A stretch of DNA of 64,000 nt from Ascoidea asiatica JCM 7603 (lineage: Eukaryota > Fungi > Ascomycota): contig BCKQ01000005.1 in the NCBI GenBank assembly GCA_001600695.1, forward strand, positions 429,993-493,992, given 5' to 3'. The notes beneath the pieces are model-generated. The model saw only the letters and a program-made list of their open reading frames with translations. It searched no databases and was not told the DNA's origin. A program made the position numbers and the translations under genes. This document shows, one piece after another, positions 11,100 to 23,670 of this stretch. Numbering within the stretch: position 1 is the first letter of the stretch; the number at the start of each line of letters is the position of its first letter.

Positions 11100-11700
11100 G
11101 TGATGTAAACAGACCATGTAACGTTAGCCGTGCTAGCCAGACTTGTTTTGTGCAAAGTGAGAAGAAAAGTGAGAAGAATCTCCGAGAAGGAGCCGGTTGG
11201 CAGCTGGCGTTTAGCACGCTGGGGAAACCGGTAGCCGGCCTCAGAAATAGACTCAAATATACTTTATCCGAGCACTTAGTGGAGCAGGGCCACCACAACC
11301 AGCCCAGCGGATCCCGCTCAGCCAGCTGATGCGACAGCCCACCGATTTCTGCCGTGTTCTCCTAGTCCTTTCCCGGTCCTTTTCCAGTCCTTTTCCAGTC
11401 CTTTTCCAGTTGTTTGCCTGTTGTTTCCTTGTTCTGTGGCAAGTCTCTGAACGCCAGGCGGTGCAGCCTTGCTAAGAGCTGCCTGCACCATTTCTGCTCC
11501 TGTTTGGGTCCTCGCCTCCACCGCCACCAGCCCAGGCCGTTGGGATCTTCAGCCGTGCTTGCCGTGGAAATTGACGCAAACCAGCTCCGATTACCTAATC
11601 GGCTGGTCACGCTACCGCTGCTACCGCTGCTACCACCAGAACTCATTTATCCGCTTTCCATGCACCTCGACACCAGCGTTAACAGTTACAGCAGAAAACT
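11100..11700. promoter_or_regulatory. GC-rich island upstream of STP3/STP4
   Basis: About 600 bp of GC-rich sequence with CACGTG at 11097-11102 and a short CCTTTTCCAGT tandem repeat near 11367-11410. Confidence 0.5.
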
Positions 11701-11866
11701 GTGATTATGATTATGATTTCGAAATATTATCTCGAAAACACCCTTTATTGAAAAGTAAATACTTTTCCTTTACTTCTCTTCTCTCTGCTCCTACAAATAC
11801 AAATACAAATACAAATATTCAAACTCCATGACTAACAACAAGTCTGCTTTTAATCATCTCTTCTCT

Positions 11867-11927
11867 TCTTCTGAGTCTCTTCTGAGTCTCTTCTGAGTCT
11901 CTTCTGAGTCTCTTCTGAGTCTCTTCT
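11867..11927 (+). repeat. Tandem repeat (TCTTCTGAGTC)x5 plus a partial copy
   Basis: Five exact 11-bp units read directly. Confidence 0.9.
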
Positions 11928-12435
11928 TTTGAGTCTCTTTTGTTTCTGAGTGTGATCGCAGTAAAAATTCAGTTCCATTTTCATCATTCGAGTGTTTTCT
12001 TTACTTTACTTTGCTTTGCTTTCGAAATCGATTCCGAGATTATTTACCTCAAGAGATAACCAAAAACAAATTCAGCCATTGATTTATCTTATGATTCCAA
12101 TCTGAACCTGGCTATTAAACTTTTTCTTCCTCACATTTCAATAGTCTTTTTTAGTTTTTTTATTTATTTATTTATTTATTTATGTCTGTTCAATTTCACA
12201 AAAAGAACTCGAGATTATTTCTCAAATCATAAACAAAAACAATTATCCATCCATAACTTAAAAAACAAAAAAAAAAAGACCTCTTGACTTTAGATTTAAA
12301 CACTGGAAATTCTCTTATATTTCTTCTGACTATTTTACTAATCATAATTCAAAAAATTAGATTTATTAAAACATATCTTTAAATTTCGGCAAAAGTATAT
12401 ACTTTAACCCCAAACTAATAATATATTATTAGTAT

Positions 12436-12472
<37 letters not shown>

Positions 12473-12602
12473 TTCAATTTCTCAATTTTTTCTCGATTGT
12501 ATAATATATTATTATTTCTTTTCATTTCACTTCACTTCATTTCATTTCATTTTATTTCATTTCATTTCATTTATATTATTAATACATACTTCACCTTCCA
12601 AA

Positions 12603-12708
12603 ATGAGTAACGGTACTTTCAATTTCTCTTCAAATAATCAATATACAAATCAATTCAATAATCAATGTAATAATCAATATCTCATTAACCAATGTAATAA
12701 TACTAGTA

Positions 12709-12752
<44 letters not shown>

Positions 12753-13004
12753 CCAATCATTGATAAAAATAACCAATTTAATTCAAATTATATAAAATTA
12801 CCTCCACTTATAATGCCTCAATCAAATTTAAATATAAATTCAAATATAAATATAAATTCAAATCCATTGGATTCATATCAATTAAATTCAAATTTAAATT
12901 CTTTAAACTCTTTAAATAATAATTTAAATAATAATTTAAATCAATTTTCATTACCTCCTTTATCTTCAATTGATATAATAAATCAGAATATAAACAATAA
13001 CAAC

Positions 13005-13037
<33 letters not shown>

Positions 13038-13931
13038 TTCAATTTAAATCCTAATCTTAATCAATTTCCTTCTCAAAAATCTCCATTTACATTACCTTCT
13101 TTTAGTCCAGGTTCTTCATCTTCTCCTTCTTTATTAAGCTTATCAAATAGTAATTATTCAATAAAATCAAATCCTTCTTCTCCTGATTTATCTGATTCTT
13201 CATTTTCAATATCAAATAAAATTCATAATCATTCAACCAATCTCAAAATTAATCATAATAATAATAATAATAATAATAATAACATCATCAATATTAATTC
13301 CTCTCCCGCAAATACCGATAACAATAATATCAATAATATAATTTCTGAAAATTGTTTAAATAATCAATGTAATCAAAATCAAAATAATATTGAAAATAAT
13401 AAAAAAATTTTAAAACGTAAAAAAAAACAATGTCCAAATTGTTCAAAATTTTTCTCAAATTTAACAACTCATCAAAATACTCATTTAAAAGAAGAATTAA
13501 GACCTCATATTTGTAAAATTTGTCAAAAAGGTTTCTCAAGACCAAATGATTTATTAAGACATCAAAAAAGACATTTTAAAGATTCTATACAACAAAATAT
13601 TATTTCTGATGAAAAAAAAAATTCAAATTCAACTGATAATTCAAATTTACCAAATGGCATTTTTATTTGCCCATTTGCAAATTTTATAAATGATGATAAT
13701 AATGAAATTCATTGTTCTTGTCATCCAACTGGAATATTTTCAAGATGTGATACTTTTAAAAATCATTTAAAAGCTTTACATTTTCAATATCCTCCTGGAA
13801 CTAAAAAGAAAAATAGAAATAATGTTTCTGGTTATTGTAAAATTTGTGGTTTAAATATAATTAATGTTGATGTTTGGTTAAATGAACATGTTTTAAATAA
13901 TTCATGTCCTAAAATATTACATAAATTATGA
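12603..13931 (+). CDS. STP4: C2H2 zinc-finger transcription factor Stp3/Stp4 with Asn-rich N-terminus
   Basis: KKQCPNC..NLTTH..TH...RPHICKICQKGFSRPNDLLRH and CHPTGIFSRCDTFKNHLKALHF.YPP match Stp3/Stp4. Confidence 0.85.
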
Positions 13932-14205
13932 TTTTTTAATTAATTTTTACACTATTTTTATCATTTTTATCATTTTTATCATTTTTATCATTTTTTTAAA
14001 CTACTGTACTTATACATTAGATTTTTATATACATTACAATAACGTTACAATTCTCTTTTATACTTTTATACCTCTCTTACTTTCATACTTTCATACTTTC
14101 CTACCTTTATACTTTTAAACTCCTCTCTAAAATACTAACTTATATAGAATATAATGATTAAATGACCATATAAAATTTTAACTCTTTACATTATATGCAT
14201 TTATT

Positions 14206-17200
14206 TTATACACATTTTCTTTTTCTTTTTTTAGATTCATTTTGTTTCCTATTTTTTTGTAATGCTAATAAAAGTGTATTGCATCTTCTGGATAATTCTT
14301 GTGGAGTTCTTGTTTGAAAAAACCAATCAAATTTAAATAATTCACTTCGAGAAATAACTTCTCGTACCTTTTCAAATAAATTATCTGAAAATAAGCCTAA
14401 TTTATTAACAATAATTAAAATAAATTTATCTTCTAATTCAGAATAAACTCTTTTTGAATTATTTGGAGGATATATTATAACTAATTCTTCTAAAGGAGAT
14501 CTATACTCTGAAATTTTATCTGCTAATAATTTTTGTTGAGCTAATAATTTTTGTGATTTTTTTTCTCCAAATTCAATTTGAGATATATATTTTTCATATC
14601 CTTCAATTTCTGAATTTCTTTCCCAAAATACTTTACTATATTTTTCCACTTCTTCTTTAGTTTTATTTCCTAAATCTTTAGAAATTAAAGAATATGCATT
14701 TCTACCAAATTTTGCGGCTGAATGAATAAAATTTGTAAAATCACGTCTACTCCAGTTTCCAAATGCTTCTTCAATCAATCGCTCTTTTTTTTCATCTTCT
14801 TCTTTAGTTAAAGGTTCCGCATTATTAATTCGTTGTTGTTCTCTTTTCTTCTTTTGATCTCTAGTTTCTGGAGGATCTGAATTGTCTTTTCCATTATCTT
14901 TTTCTTTATCTTCTTCATCACTTTCCATTAAAGCATTTTCTTCTTCCATATCAATAATATCAGATAATTGAACTCTATAGTTTATCTGTTTTTTATAATA
15001 TAACATTTCCTTTTCTAACAAGGCATCCAAATCAGGTGAATAAAATTGATGATCTTGAGTATGAATATTTTTCGGAGCTTTTGGTGCCTTGGCACCAGAA
15101 TTTATTTTTGTACTTTGAAGTACATCCTTATAATAATTGTCAACAGAATATGTCTGTTCTTTTCTTTCTCTTTTACTTGGATTAATCCAAGTTTGAAAGT
15201 TTCGACCTTCATTATTTTTTTTAGCAAAATTTGTACCATTCCATTCATAAGCAGAAGAATCTGAAGTAAATTTTTGAAGATCATCTAAACCAAGTTTTTC
15301 AAATCGTTGATTCAAAGACTTTGTTTTTTCTTCACCTTTTTTCAAAATTGTTTCAATATCATCATCAGCTATTGTTCCTTCTTTTGATTCAAAAACTTTT
15401 TGAGCACCATGTTGAATCATACTCAATAAATCTTCTTTATTATCTCCTGTTTTATTATTCTTATTCAGCACTCGACCTTGTTGAATGACTAATTGATCCA
15501 ACCTAAGCTTTTGAGCAGCACGTTCTATAACTTTTTCTTCAATTGCATTTTCTGTAACAAATCTAAATACATGAACTTGTTTTTTCTGTCCAATTCTATG
15601 AGCTCTATCCATAGCTTGCAAATCTGCCTGTGGATTCCAATCTGAATCATATAATACAACTATATCAGCACTAGTTAAATTTATACCTAACCCACCAGCT
15701 CTTGTTGTTAGTAGAAATATAAACTTATCGGAACCAGGCTTATTATATTCATCAATAGCAGCAATTCTATCTTCATGAGCAGTTGATCCATCTATTCTAC
15801 AATAGCTAAATTCTCTAAAAAAACAATAATCTTCTAAGATATCTAACAATCTACTCATTTGGCTGAATATTAAAACTCTAGAACCTTGCTCTTTCATACG
15901 TTTCAATAGCTTGTCTAATATTATCATCTTTCCAGAGTTAAAAATTAAATGTTCATCGGTAGTATAAGGAGGACCAGGCTCTGCACCTTCAAAAAGATAT
16001 GGATGATTACAACATTTTCTTAATTGCATAACAATATTAAGCAATCTTGTTTTACCTTCTCTTTTTCCAACGACCCCATTAACAGCATCGATATCTTTTT
16101 CTAAAAGTTTTTTATACCATTTTATTTGCATTTCTGACATTCCTACATAAACGTTAACTTCTTTTTTTGGCAATAAAGACTTTTCAACGTCAGCTTTAAC
16201 TCGTCTTAATAAAAAAGGGTTTAAAATTTTATGCAATTGTTGAACCATCGATTCTTCTTTTTTAGCCTTTTCATCTTCATTTTCAGATTCATTATCAGAA
16301 TTAGTTCTGTCAAACCACTGATCAAATATTTCAGAATCTCCAAATACATCAGGTAATATAAAATTTAATAAAGCCCATAATTCATGAAGATTATTCTGAA
16401 GAGGAGTACCAGTAATTAATAATCTTCCCTTGGAATAAAATAGACGAATTATTTGAGATAGCGCACTATGTTCGTTTTTAATTCTATGAGCCTCATCAAC
16501 AATTATATATTTCCAAGCAAATTTTTTTAAATGAGATTTTTCACTTATTACCATTTCAAAAGAAGTTATACAAACATCAAAGTCACAAGATAATAATCTT
16601 TGTTGAATTAATTTTGATCTTTCATCTTTAGCACCTTGTAAAACTAAAACATTTACATCTGGTGTCCATTTTGAAAATTCTCTTCTCCAATTATCTAAAG
16701 TTGATTTCGGTACAATAATAATATAAGGACCAGTTATACCTTTTATATATCTAAGATAACCTAAGAAAGAAATTGTTTGAAGAGTTTTACCTAAACCCAT
16801 TTCATCTGCTAATATACCAGAAAGACAATTTTCATTTAAAGATATTAACCAATTCAAACCTTGAATTTGATAATCTCTTAAAATTCCCTCCTTAATATAA
16901 GAAGGAGATTCGGTTAAAATAGTAGCAGTGGATAAATCATTAATGTCTTCTTCATTATGAATCAATTCTGCGTCTTCTTCTCTTTCGGTTTTACGACGAC
17001 GAGTATTTCTTCTACTTGAATTGATATTAGATCTTCTTGAAGATCGTAAATTTGATAAGTTTGATTGTTTTTCTTCATTGTCTATTTCAGTCAAAATCTT
17101 TTTCAATTCACGATTATTATTTGAAATGGCAGACTGTATAAATTCTCTGTATAAATCAGTTAAATTCAAAAGATATTTTATTCGTTTATACATCTCTCTT

Positions 17201-17632
17201 TTATCTTTCAATCTTTCAACTTTGGCATCATTTTTCAATAAATATGCTTGTTTATTTTCGGCTATTACTGATTCTAAATCTAAAGTAGTATCAGTTTTGT
17301 TCAAAGTAATAGATTTTTTAGGAGATTCAACAGAATCTACCGTATCGACTGAATCTTGTTTATCATCTTTATTATCTGTATCATTTTTATCATCGGATTG
17401 ATTTACATCTGAAGTTTGTTCAGAGGTTATAGAATTTTTACTTTGCTTTCTTGCCTTTTTGGTCTGAATTTATAAAATAAAAAATGAGAGCAAAAAAATT
17501 ATAAAAAGATCGAGTTAAGTTATGAAATAGTTAGTATTTTTATTCTAATTTTGTAGTCGAAGAATAGTAGATCAAATCTTGAAAAACTCAAACTTAAAAT
17601 AAAGAATAATAAACAAAAGGAAGACTTACCAT
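14206..17632 (-). CDS. ISW2: ISWI-family chromatin remodelling ATPase Isw2; exons 17632-17630 (ATG only) and 17463-14206
   Basis: [60 protein letters not shown] region. Intron 17629-17464 (GTAAGT, TACTAAC at 17536-17530, CAG) joins an ATG in frame. Confidence 0.93.
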
Positions 17633-18070
17633 CTTATTTACCTCTTTTCTGTTATATTTTCTTAAAATTATTAATTCATTTAATCCATTTATGGGATTAT
17701 AATAATATATAAAACATAAATTGATAAAAACCAGTAGTTTTCAGAAATTAAAAAAGTAAAGAATATCAAAATACATAACAAAATGCTAAATGGGTATAAA
17801 CATCAGGGACGTGCCGAGAGAACCAATTTCATGGGTGTTTGAAAAATAAGGAGTCCCGAGTAATTGGCTTCAGTTCACAGGGAAAAGAACGAAACCCACA
17901 ATATCGGTCTTTGTGTAAGAAACAAAAAAATGGGTCAGTTTCTTCTCATTATTTCGTTTCAAGTGGCATAAAAAGAAGTAAAATCTTATGCAAAATATGA
18001 AAATATTAATTCTTTTCTTTCAAAAGAAAGCAGGAAAGGAGTACTTGTGTCAATATTACAAAGACTAAAT

Positions 18071-18433
18071 ATGGCGAAGCGAAGTGAAGAAGCAGAAACT
18101 TTTCGTGCTGCTGTCTATGATGCCGTGAAAAAAATTCCTTATGGTAAGGTTTCAACTTATGGTCACATAGCAAAAATGATATTTAGACCTCAAAACTCAA
18201 GACAAGTTGGAATTGCTTTGAAAAATTTACCTACAGAGCAAGATGATATTATACCTTGGTGGAGAGTCATTAATTCACAAGGTTTAATCTCTAAGAGAAT
18301 CTCGTTGAAGGGTGAAATTGGGGAACTTTCTCAAGCTAAACGACTCGTTGAAGAAGAAGTTGAAGTGGATTTGGAATTACTAAGCATTGATTTAAGAACT
18401 TATGGCTGGTTTCCTGGAACTGATTTTGATTGA
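18071..18433 (+). CDS. ATL1: Alkyltransferase-like protein (Atl1 type, O6-alkylguanine binding, no catalytic Cys)
   Basis: IPYGKVSTYGHIA...RQVG...IPWWRVINSQG: MGMT DNA-binding fold with W in place of the PCHRV cysteine. First ATG at 18071. Confidence 0.88.
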   Translation: MAKRSEEAETFRAAVYDAVKKIPYGKVSTYGHIAKMIFRPQNSRQVGIALKNLPTEQDDIIPWWRVINSQGLISKRISLKGEIGELSQAKRLVEEEVEVDLELLSIDLRTYGWFPGTDFD

Positions 18434-18621
18434 TTTTGTTCTTCATGTAGACGAATTGTTACAATGTATTCTCTACTTTTGCAATAAAATGAGTTTTAAT
18501 TTGAAAAGAAAAAAAAAGTAAAAAAAAAGGAAATAAAAATAAAAGATAAAAACTCTAATAACATTTCTAATAGATACTATGTATAGTTATTTGTATTTAT
18601 ATACTAAATTCATTAAGAAAG

Positions 18622-20031
18622 CTAATTTAGTTTTTTATTGAAACTTATTACAGCCCATTTACCACAGCTGCACCATAACTCACCTTGTTTATTTCCCATT
18701 TGTTGATATTCTTTGATAAGCTCTTCATTCTTACCTTTTGCTAATCCAACACAAACATCTGCCTTACAAGTTCTTAATGATAATATTTTCAAGTCTGAAT
18801 TACCAAGCTGTTGAATTGCTGTTTTAAATGAAGTTTCTCTTTTCCATCTTCTATCATCTGTTAATTTTCTATAATTCAAATCTCCTTTAAATATAATCAA
18901 ATTTGATTGAACTAAATCTTGATAAAGCTTTTCGTTTTCCACAATTTTCCAATAACTTAATCCCATTGTCCAAAACTCATCATCTTTCAAAATAATTTGT
19001 CCATTATTATAATATTTTAAAAGTCTATCAGAAACAAACTTCAATTCATTGAAATGTTCACTATTAGAAAAAAAACTTTTATCTTTTAAATCTTCTATAA
19101 TTAAAAAAAAATCTTTTTTCATTGCATCTGAAACCATCCATGGTCTAGCTTTACAATTTAAAACAACTTTTCCCGTAATTTTACAATCTAAAAGAAATAA
19201 TGTAAATATTAAATCTGTATAGAACTCAAATCCAGCATTATCTAAAACAAAATCAATTCTTTTTTTGATATTTTTAGGATATTCTTTCAATAATCCTTCA
19301 CAAACTTTATTTATATCATTAGCAATTATATTTTTCTCTGATTTTTTTCTTGCTTCTTTACCTTGGACAGATTTAAGATCATCTAATGACATATTAACCA
19401 ATAATGATAAATCTGATGCATTTCCCCATAAACTAATATCTGCAAACTCTTTCAAAAGAATAGTTAAAAATTCAATTTTAACTTCATTATTTGATTCATT
19501 TTCATCTTTTATATTCATTTCATCATATAATTGTTTGTAACGTAAAGCCAACTCTTCAACACCTAATTTGGAGGATAAAAATGAACTTTTTTTAAGATTT
19601 CCGAAAATATCGTAATTTTCAAATAATTTTTGACTTTTTATAATACAATCAATTCTTCTATACAAATAACATTCAATAAATAACCATGCACCTGTTTTCC
19701 AAGTTAATTTTTCATCTTGAGGTTTGATATATGAATTTGATTTAGCATTTTTTAATAATTCATTATAAGATTTTAAACCTGAAATTTCCGAGACAGATTT
19801 ATCACTAAAAAATGAAAGTTCTTTGTCATTTTCAACTTCTTCTAATATTTCAACCAATCCAGCTTTAATAATGTCAGCTTCTTCTATTTCTTCTTTGTCA
19901 CTACTTTTTTCAATCAAATTTGAAATATCTTCAATAGTTCCTTTTAAAATCTTAGGCCATCTGTCTCTTGAAGTTGTAAAGCCAAATGAGTGAATATCAT
20001 CATTGAAATAATAAGGTGGAATTGGTTCCAT
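18622..20031 (-). CDS. DUF89/ARMT1 damage-control phosphatase (YMR027W-like)
   Basis: SLWGNASDLSL, DFVLDNAGFEFYTDL, IFKGDLNYRKL and LRTCKAD motifs; first ATG at 20031. Confidence 0.92.
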   Translation of the reverse strand: MEPIPPYYFNDDIHSFGFTTSRDRWPKILKGTIEDISNLIEKSSDKEEIEEADIIKAGLVEILEEVENDKELSFFSDKSVSEISGLKSYNELLKNAKSNSYIKPQDEKLTWKTGAWLFIECYLYRRIDCIIKSQKLFENYDIFGNLKKSSFLSSKLGVEELALRYKQLYDEMNIKDENESNNEVKIEFLTILLKEFADISLWGNASDLSLLVNMSLDDLKSVQGKEARKKSEKNIIANDINKVCEGLLKEYPKNIKKRIDFVLDNAGFEFYTDLIFTLFLLDCKITGKVVLNCKARPWMVSDAMKKDFFLIIEDLKDKSFFSNSEHFNELKFVSDRLLKYYNNGQIILKDDEFWTMGLSYWKIVENEKLYQDLVQSNLIIFKGDLNYRKLTDDRRWKRETSFKTAIQQLGNSDLKILSLRTCKADVCVGLAKGKNEELIKEYQQMGNKQGELWCSCGKWAVISFNKKLN

Positions 20032-20307
20032 GATTGAGTTGAATGAATTTAAAGTCAATGTTTTCTTGTAAATATTAGATGATTGAAAGATAATTGTTTG
20101 GAAATGTAATAAAAATAAAAGGTATTTTCAATGAATTTATGTATCTTAATTTTATCGAGCACTTTCAAAATCGAGAAAATCAAAACGTCATGAGCAGAGT
20201 CCGATAAGGAATTACTGCGGCAGTAACGTTGAAACTTCATTTACTCACCAAGAGCTTTCTTCACTACGAAATCACTTGGGCACGCTATTTCATATATTTC
20301 CAATGAA

Positions 20308-20313
20308 ACGCGT
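20308..20313. promoter_or_regulatory. MCB element (ACGCGT) in the DUF89-DPB4 divergent promoter
   Basis: AAACGCGTAAAA about 130 bp upstream of the DPB4 ATG. Confidence 0.45.
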
Positions 20314-20444
20314 AAAATAATTCAAGACCAAAAAAAATAAAGGTAAAATCAGATCGAAAAAGAAAATTCATATATTAAATTTCAGAATTAATAATTAATT
20401 TAATATAATAGAAACAATTTAATTTGGATATAAAATATAAAAAA

Positions 20445-21012
20445 ATGCCACCAAAAGGATGGAGAAAAAATGCAGATGGTACATATCCAACACCAAATCG
20501 TGAACATGAAAAGATTTCAATTGATGATATATTACTTCCCAAATCAACTTTATTGAGATTAGCAAAATCAGTTTTACCAGATGGTAGTTTAATATCAAAA
20601 GATTCTGCAACAGTATTACAAAGATCTTCTACAGTTTTTGCATCATACTTAATGTTTTACGCACGACAATTTGCTGAACAACATGATCGTAAAACTGTAA
20701 CTTCTCAAGATATAACTAAAGCATTAGATAAAATTGGTTTTAATTCTTTTATACCATATGTTGAAAAAGAATTAGAAGTATTTAATAATATTCAAGCTCA
20801 AAAAAAACAAATAAAACTTAATCAGAATAATGCAAATGAAGAATCCTCAAAGAATGAAAAGACAAATGAAAAAAATTTAATTGAGAAAAATGTAGTTGAA
20901 AAAAATATAGTTGAAAAAAATGATGAAAACTTTTCACATAAAAAATTGAAAACTAATACCGGGAAAGAAATTCTAAGTAAAGATATAAGGCATGATTCAA
21001 ACATAGAACAAG

Positions 21013-21055
<43 letters not shown>

Positions 21056-21374
21056 TAGTACTAAAGAAGAACTTGATGAAGAATCAGATGAAGATGAAGA
21101 AAATGATATTCGTAATGATTTAAAAGTAATTGATGACATTGAGAGAGAATTAACAGAGAGTGAAGATGAAAATGAAAATGAAAATGAGAATGAAAATGGA
21201 GATACTTCTTCTGTAGGTAGATCGAATATCATGGAAGATGAAATTGAAGAAAACTCAGAAGATTCTAAAATCAAAAGAACTACTAAATTATCTCTGACTC
21301 AAAGAAATAAGGATCCCGATGAAGAATTTGATGAATCTGATAAATCAGATAATGAAAATAATTCTGAAAGTTGA
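20445..21374 (+). CDS. DPB4: Histone-fold protein Dpb4 (DNA polymerase epsilon and ISW2/CHRAC subunit)
   Basis: Starts MPPKGWRK as Dpb4 does; histone fold LLPKSTLLRLAK...ISKDS..VLQRSSTVF; acidic tail. ATG at 20445. Confidence 0.92.
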
Positions 21375-21698
21375 GTTTTGAATAACAAATATTCACTAAT
21401 TTTTCCAAAATATCTAGAACAATTTTAAACAATAAATTATGTAGTTTCTTTCATGAAAAAAAAAAACATTCTATAATTGTATTATGGAACTAAAAGCATG
21501 AATTAAAGATTAATTAACTAATTAATTAAAATATTAGAAAATAAAAAGGAGATGAGAATTGAAAAATCTATTTGCAAAACTAAAAAAAAAAAAAGAAAGA
21601 AAATTTAAGAAATGATGAGAAAAGAAGAACTAAAAAAATTGATAACGAAATTAAATTTGAAAGTACCAAAATAAGAAATAAGATGGTTGGTTTATAAA

Positions 21699-22856
21699 TT
21701 ATTTTCCATTTCCATTTCCATTTCCATTTCCATCATCATTTTTTGGATGATGAACAAAACATCTATTATAAAATGGTAATCCACAAGCAATATCACCAAT
21801 AAATAAATAAAGGAAAAAAAAGATTATTGAAAAAACAATTAATTTAAATTTTATATCATTCCATCTTATATTTTTTTTTAAATGAACAGTTCTTCTTTTA
21901 AAAGTATTTGAATTAATATTTAATTTATCAGTTTTATTAACTAATAAACCAATTCGTTCATCTCTTTCAATAATTTTATTTATATTTTCATTCATTAAAG
22001 ATTTAATATTATTTAATTCATTTGTTGCAAATTCTATATCAAGATCTGCAACAGACAGTGGATCATAATTTTTATTATTATTAATAGTATTATTATCACT
22101 TGTTGAAGTTAAATTTGATTGAAATAAAGAATTTGAATTATTATTTATTGGATAAGGTAATTCAGTTAAAACTAAATTTGAAGATTTTAATAATAAATTT
22201 TTTTCTTCATCAATTATTATTGATTCAAAAGTTTTTTGAAATTCTAATAATTTATTTTCTTTATCAATATTTTGATTATTGTTTTGATCAATTGAACCAT
22301 AATTAATTTTAAAAATTTGTGGTTTTATTGAATTTCTAAAAATTTTAAATTGATTTAAAATATTATCCATAATTTTAAAAGGAAATTTTTTATTTAAAAT
22401 TGAAGAAGAAATTGTTAAGATTGTAATTAAATCATTATTTGGAGAAATATTATATTTAATATAATATAAAGATAAACCTTTATAATTATTTAAGAAATTT
22501 TTTTCATAATTAGTTAAAAAATTATCATCTTTAATTGAAATTGAAATTGAAATTATTGGTATTATACCAATATATAAAGAATTTGGATTATTAATTGAAG
22601 GTAATTGATTTTTAATAATTTTTAAAAAATCAAAAGTTTCAAAATTATTAATATTATTATTATTAATATTTTTAATATTTTTACTGTTAATATTATTAAT
22701 TGATTTATTTTGATAAGTATATAAAAATTTTGAATTATAAGTTAAAGTTGTAAATAATAAATGTTTAAAGATATCATTTTCATCAACATTTGAATTTGAT
22801 AAGAATTTTTGAACAGTTGAAATACTTGGAGCTTTTTTCGAGTATGTTTTTGACAT
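21699..22856 (-). CDS. NYV1: Vacuolar longin R-SNARE (Nyv1/VAMP7-like)
   Basis: Synaptobrevin coil MNENINKIIERDERIGLLVNKTDKL with zero-layer Arg, C-terminal TM and luminal CGLP...C. Confidence 0.8.
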   Translation of the reverse strand: MSKTYSKKAPSISTVQKFLSNSNVDENDIFKHLLFTTLTYNSKFLYTYQNKSINNINSKNIKNINNNNINNFETFDFLKIIKNQLPSINNPNSLYIGIIPIISISISIKDDNFLTNYEKNFLNNYKGLSLYYIKYNISPNNDLITILTISSSILNKKFPFKIMDNILNQFKIFRNSIKPQIFKINYGSIDQNNNQNIDKENKLLEFQKTFESIIIDEEKNLLLKSSNLVLTELPYPINNNSNSLFQSNLTSTSDNNTINNNKNYDPLSVADLDIEFATNELNNIKSLMNENINKIIERDERIGLLVNKTDKLNINSNTFKRRTVHLKKNIRWNDIKFKLIVFSIIFFFLYLFIGDIACGLPFYNRCFVHHPKNDDGNGNGNGNGK

Positions 22857-23070
22857 TTTGATTAATTATTGCTTTGATTAAATAAAGCTATGGATAAATA
22901 TTTATAATTGATAAGAATTACTTGAAATGAAGGATTAGATTCCTCCTGAATAAATTTATAGTAAATAATCATTAACTTATAAATGATATGAAATACATTC
23001 GTTGATTATATTTGACGTTACGCACCTAGATCAGCCCTATTTGAATTCCCAGGTGAAAGAAAAAGGGACT

Positions 23071-23090
23071 CTGACTCAGCGCTGAGTCAG
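23071..23090. promoter_or_regulatory. Perfect 20-bp palindrome with two AP-1/Gcn4 sites
   Basis: CTGACTCAGCGCTGAGTCAG inside a GC-rich island (about 23010-23340) upstream of NYV1, which also has CACGTG at 23155 and 23243. Confidence 0.6.
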
Positions 23091-23670
23091 CAGAAGAAGC
23101 AAACCAGGCAGAGAGAAATGTTGGGCGGCCGGAAGTGGATCGGAAATGGGGTAGCACGTGGCAGTAAGCTTTTCTCGGGCACTCGTTCCGCTGGAAACAC
23201 AAACAAAACGGAACGAAAATAATGTTTCTTTTGGGAATAAGTCACGTGGATGCTACCAGTTTTTTTTAATTTTCGGAGCGCAAAAAAAGAAACACAAACA
23301 AAAAAAATAAAAAAGGTCGGATCAGCTCGGCCCGACTAAAATAACCAATTTTAATAAGTATGTGAATTTTTAAGACCTATTTTTTAATTTCATGATTATC
23401 TTTCTATGAATATGTTTTGAAGATACATTCAATAAGATTTCTTGGAAAGAGAGTCTCAAGTGCTTTGAGGTAAAAAAAACAAACAGAATTGAATTGAAGA
23501 AAAAAGTAGATATTACACTGTAATGTTATATGAATGATAATTTGGATAATGTATTTTATTATTTACTAAATTATTTAAGCCTCTTTAAGTTATTTCAGTT
23601 ATTTAAGTTATTTTATTTATTTCAGATATTTCAGATATTTCAGATATTTCAAAATTATTAATGTCATTGA

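Noticed and set aside
11065-11831. Five overlapping 69-120 aa ORFs
   Set aside because: Same GC-island artefact; no recognisable protein.
11867-11927. Regularly spaced repeats as a CRISPR-like array
   Set aside because: Direct tandem units with no spacers, in a eukaryotic genome.
20822-21274. 150-aa antisense ORF and other nested ORFs in ISW2, TRA1, DNF1 and SPP41
   Set aside because: Shadow frames of real genes and of their microsatellites.
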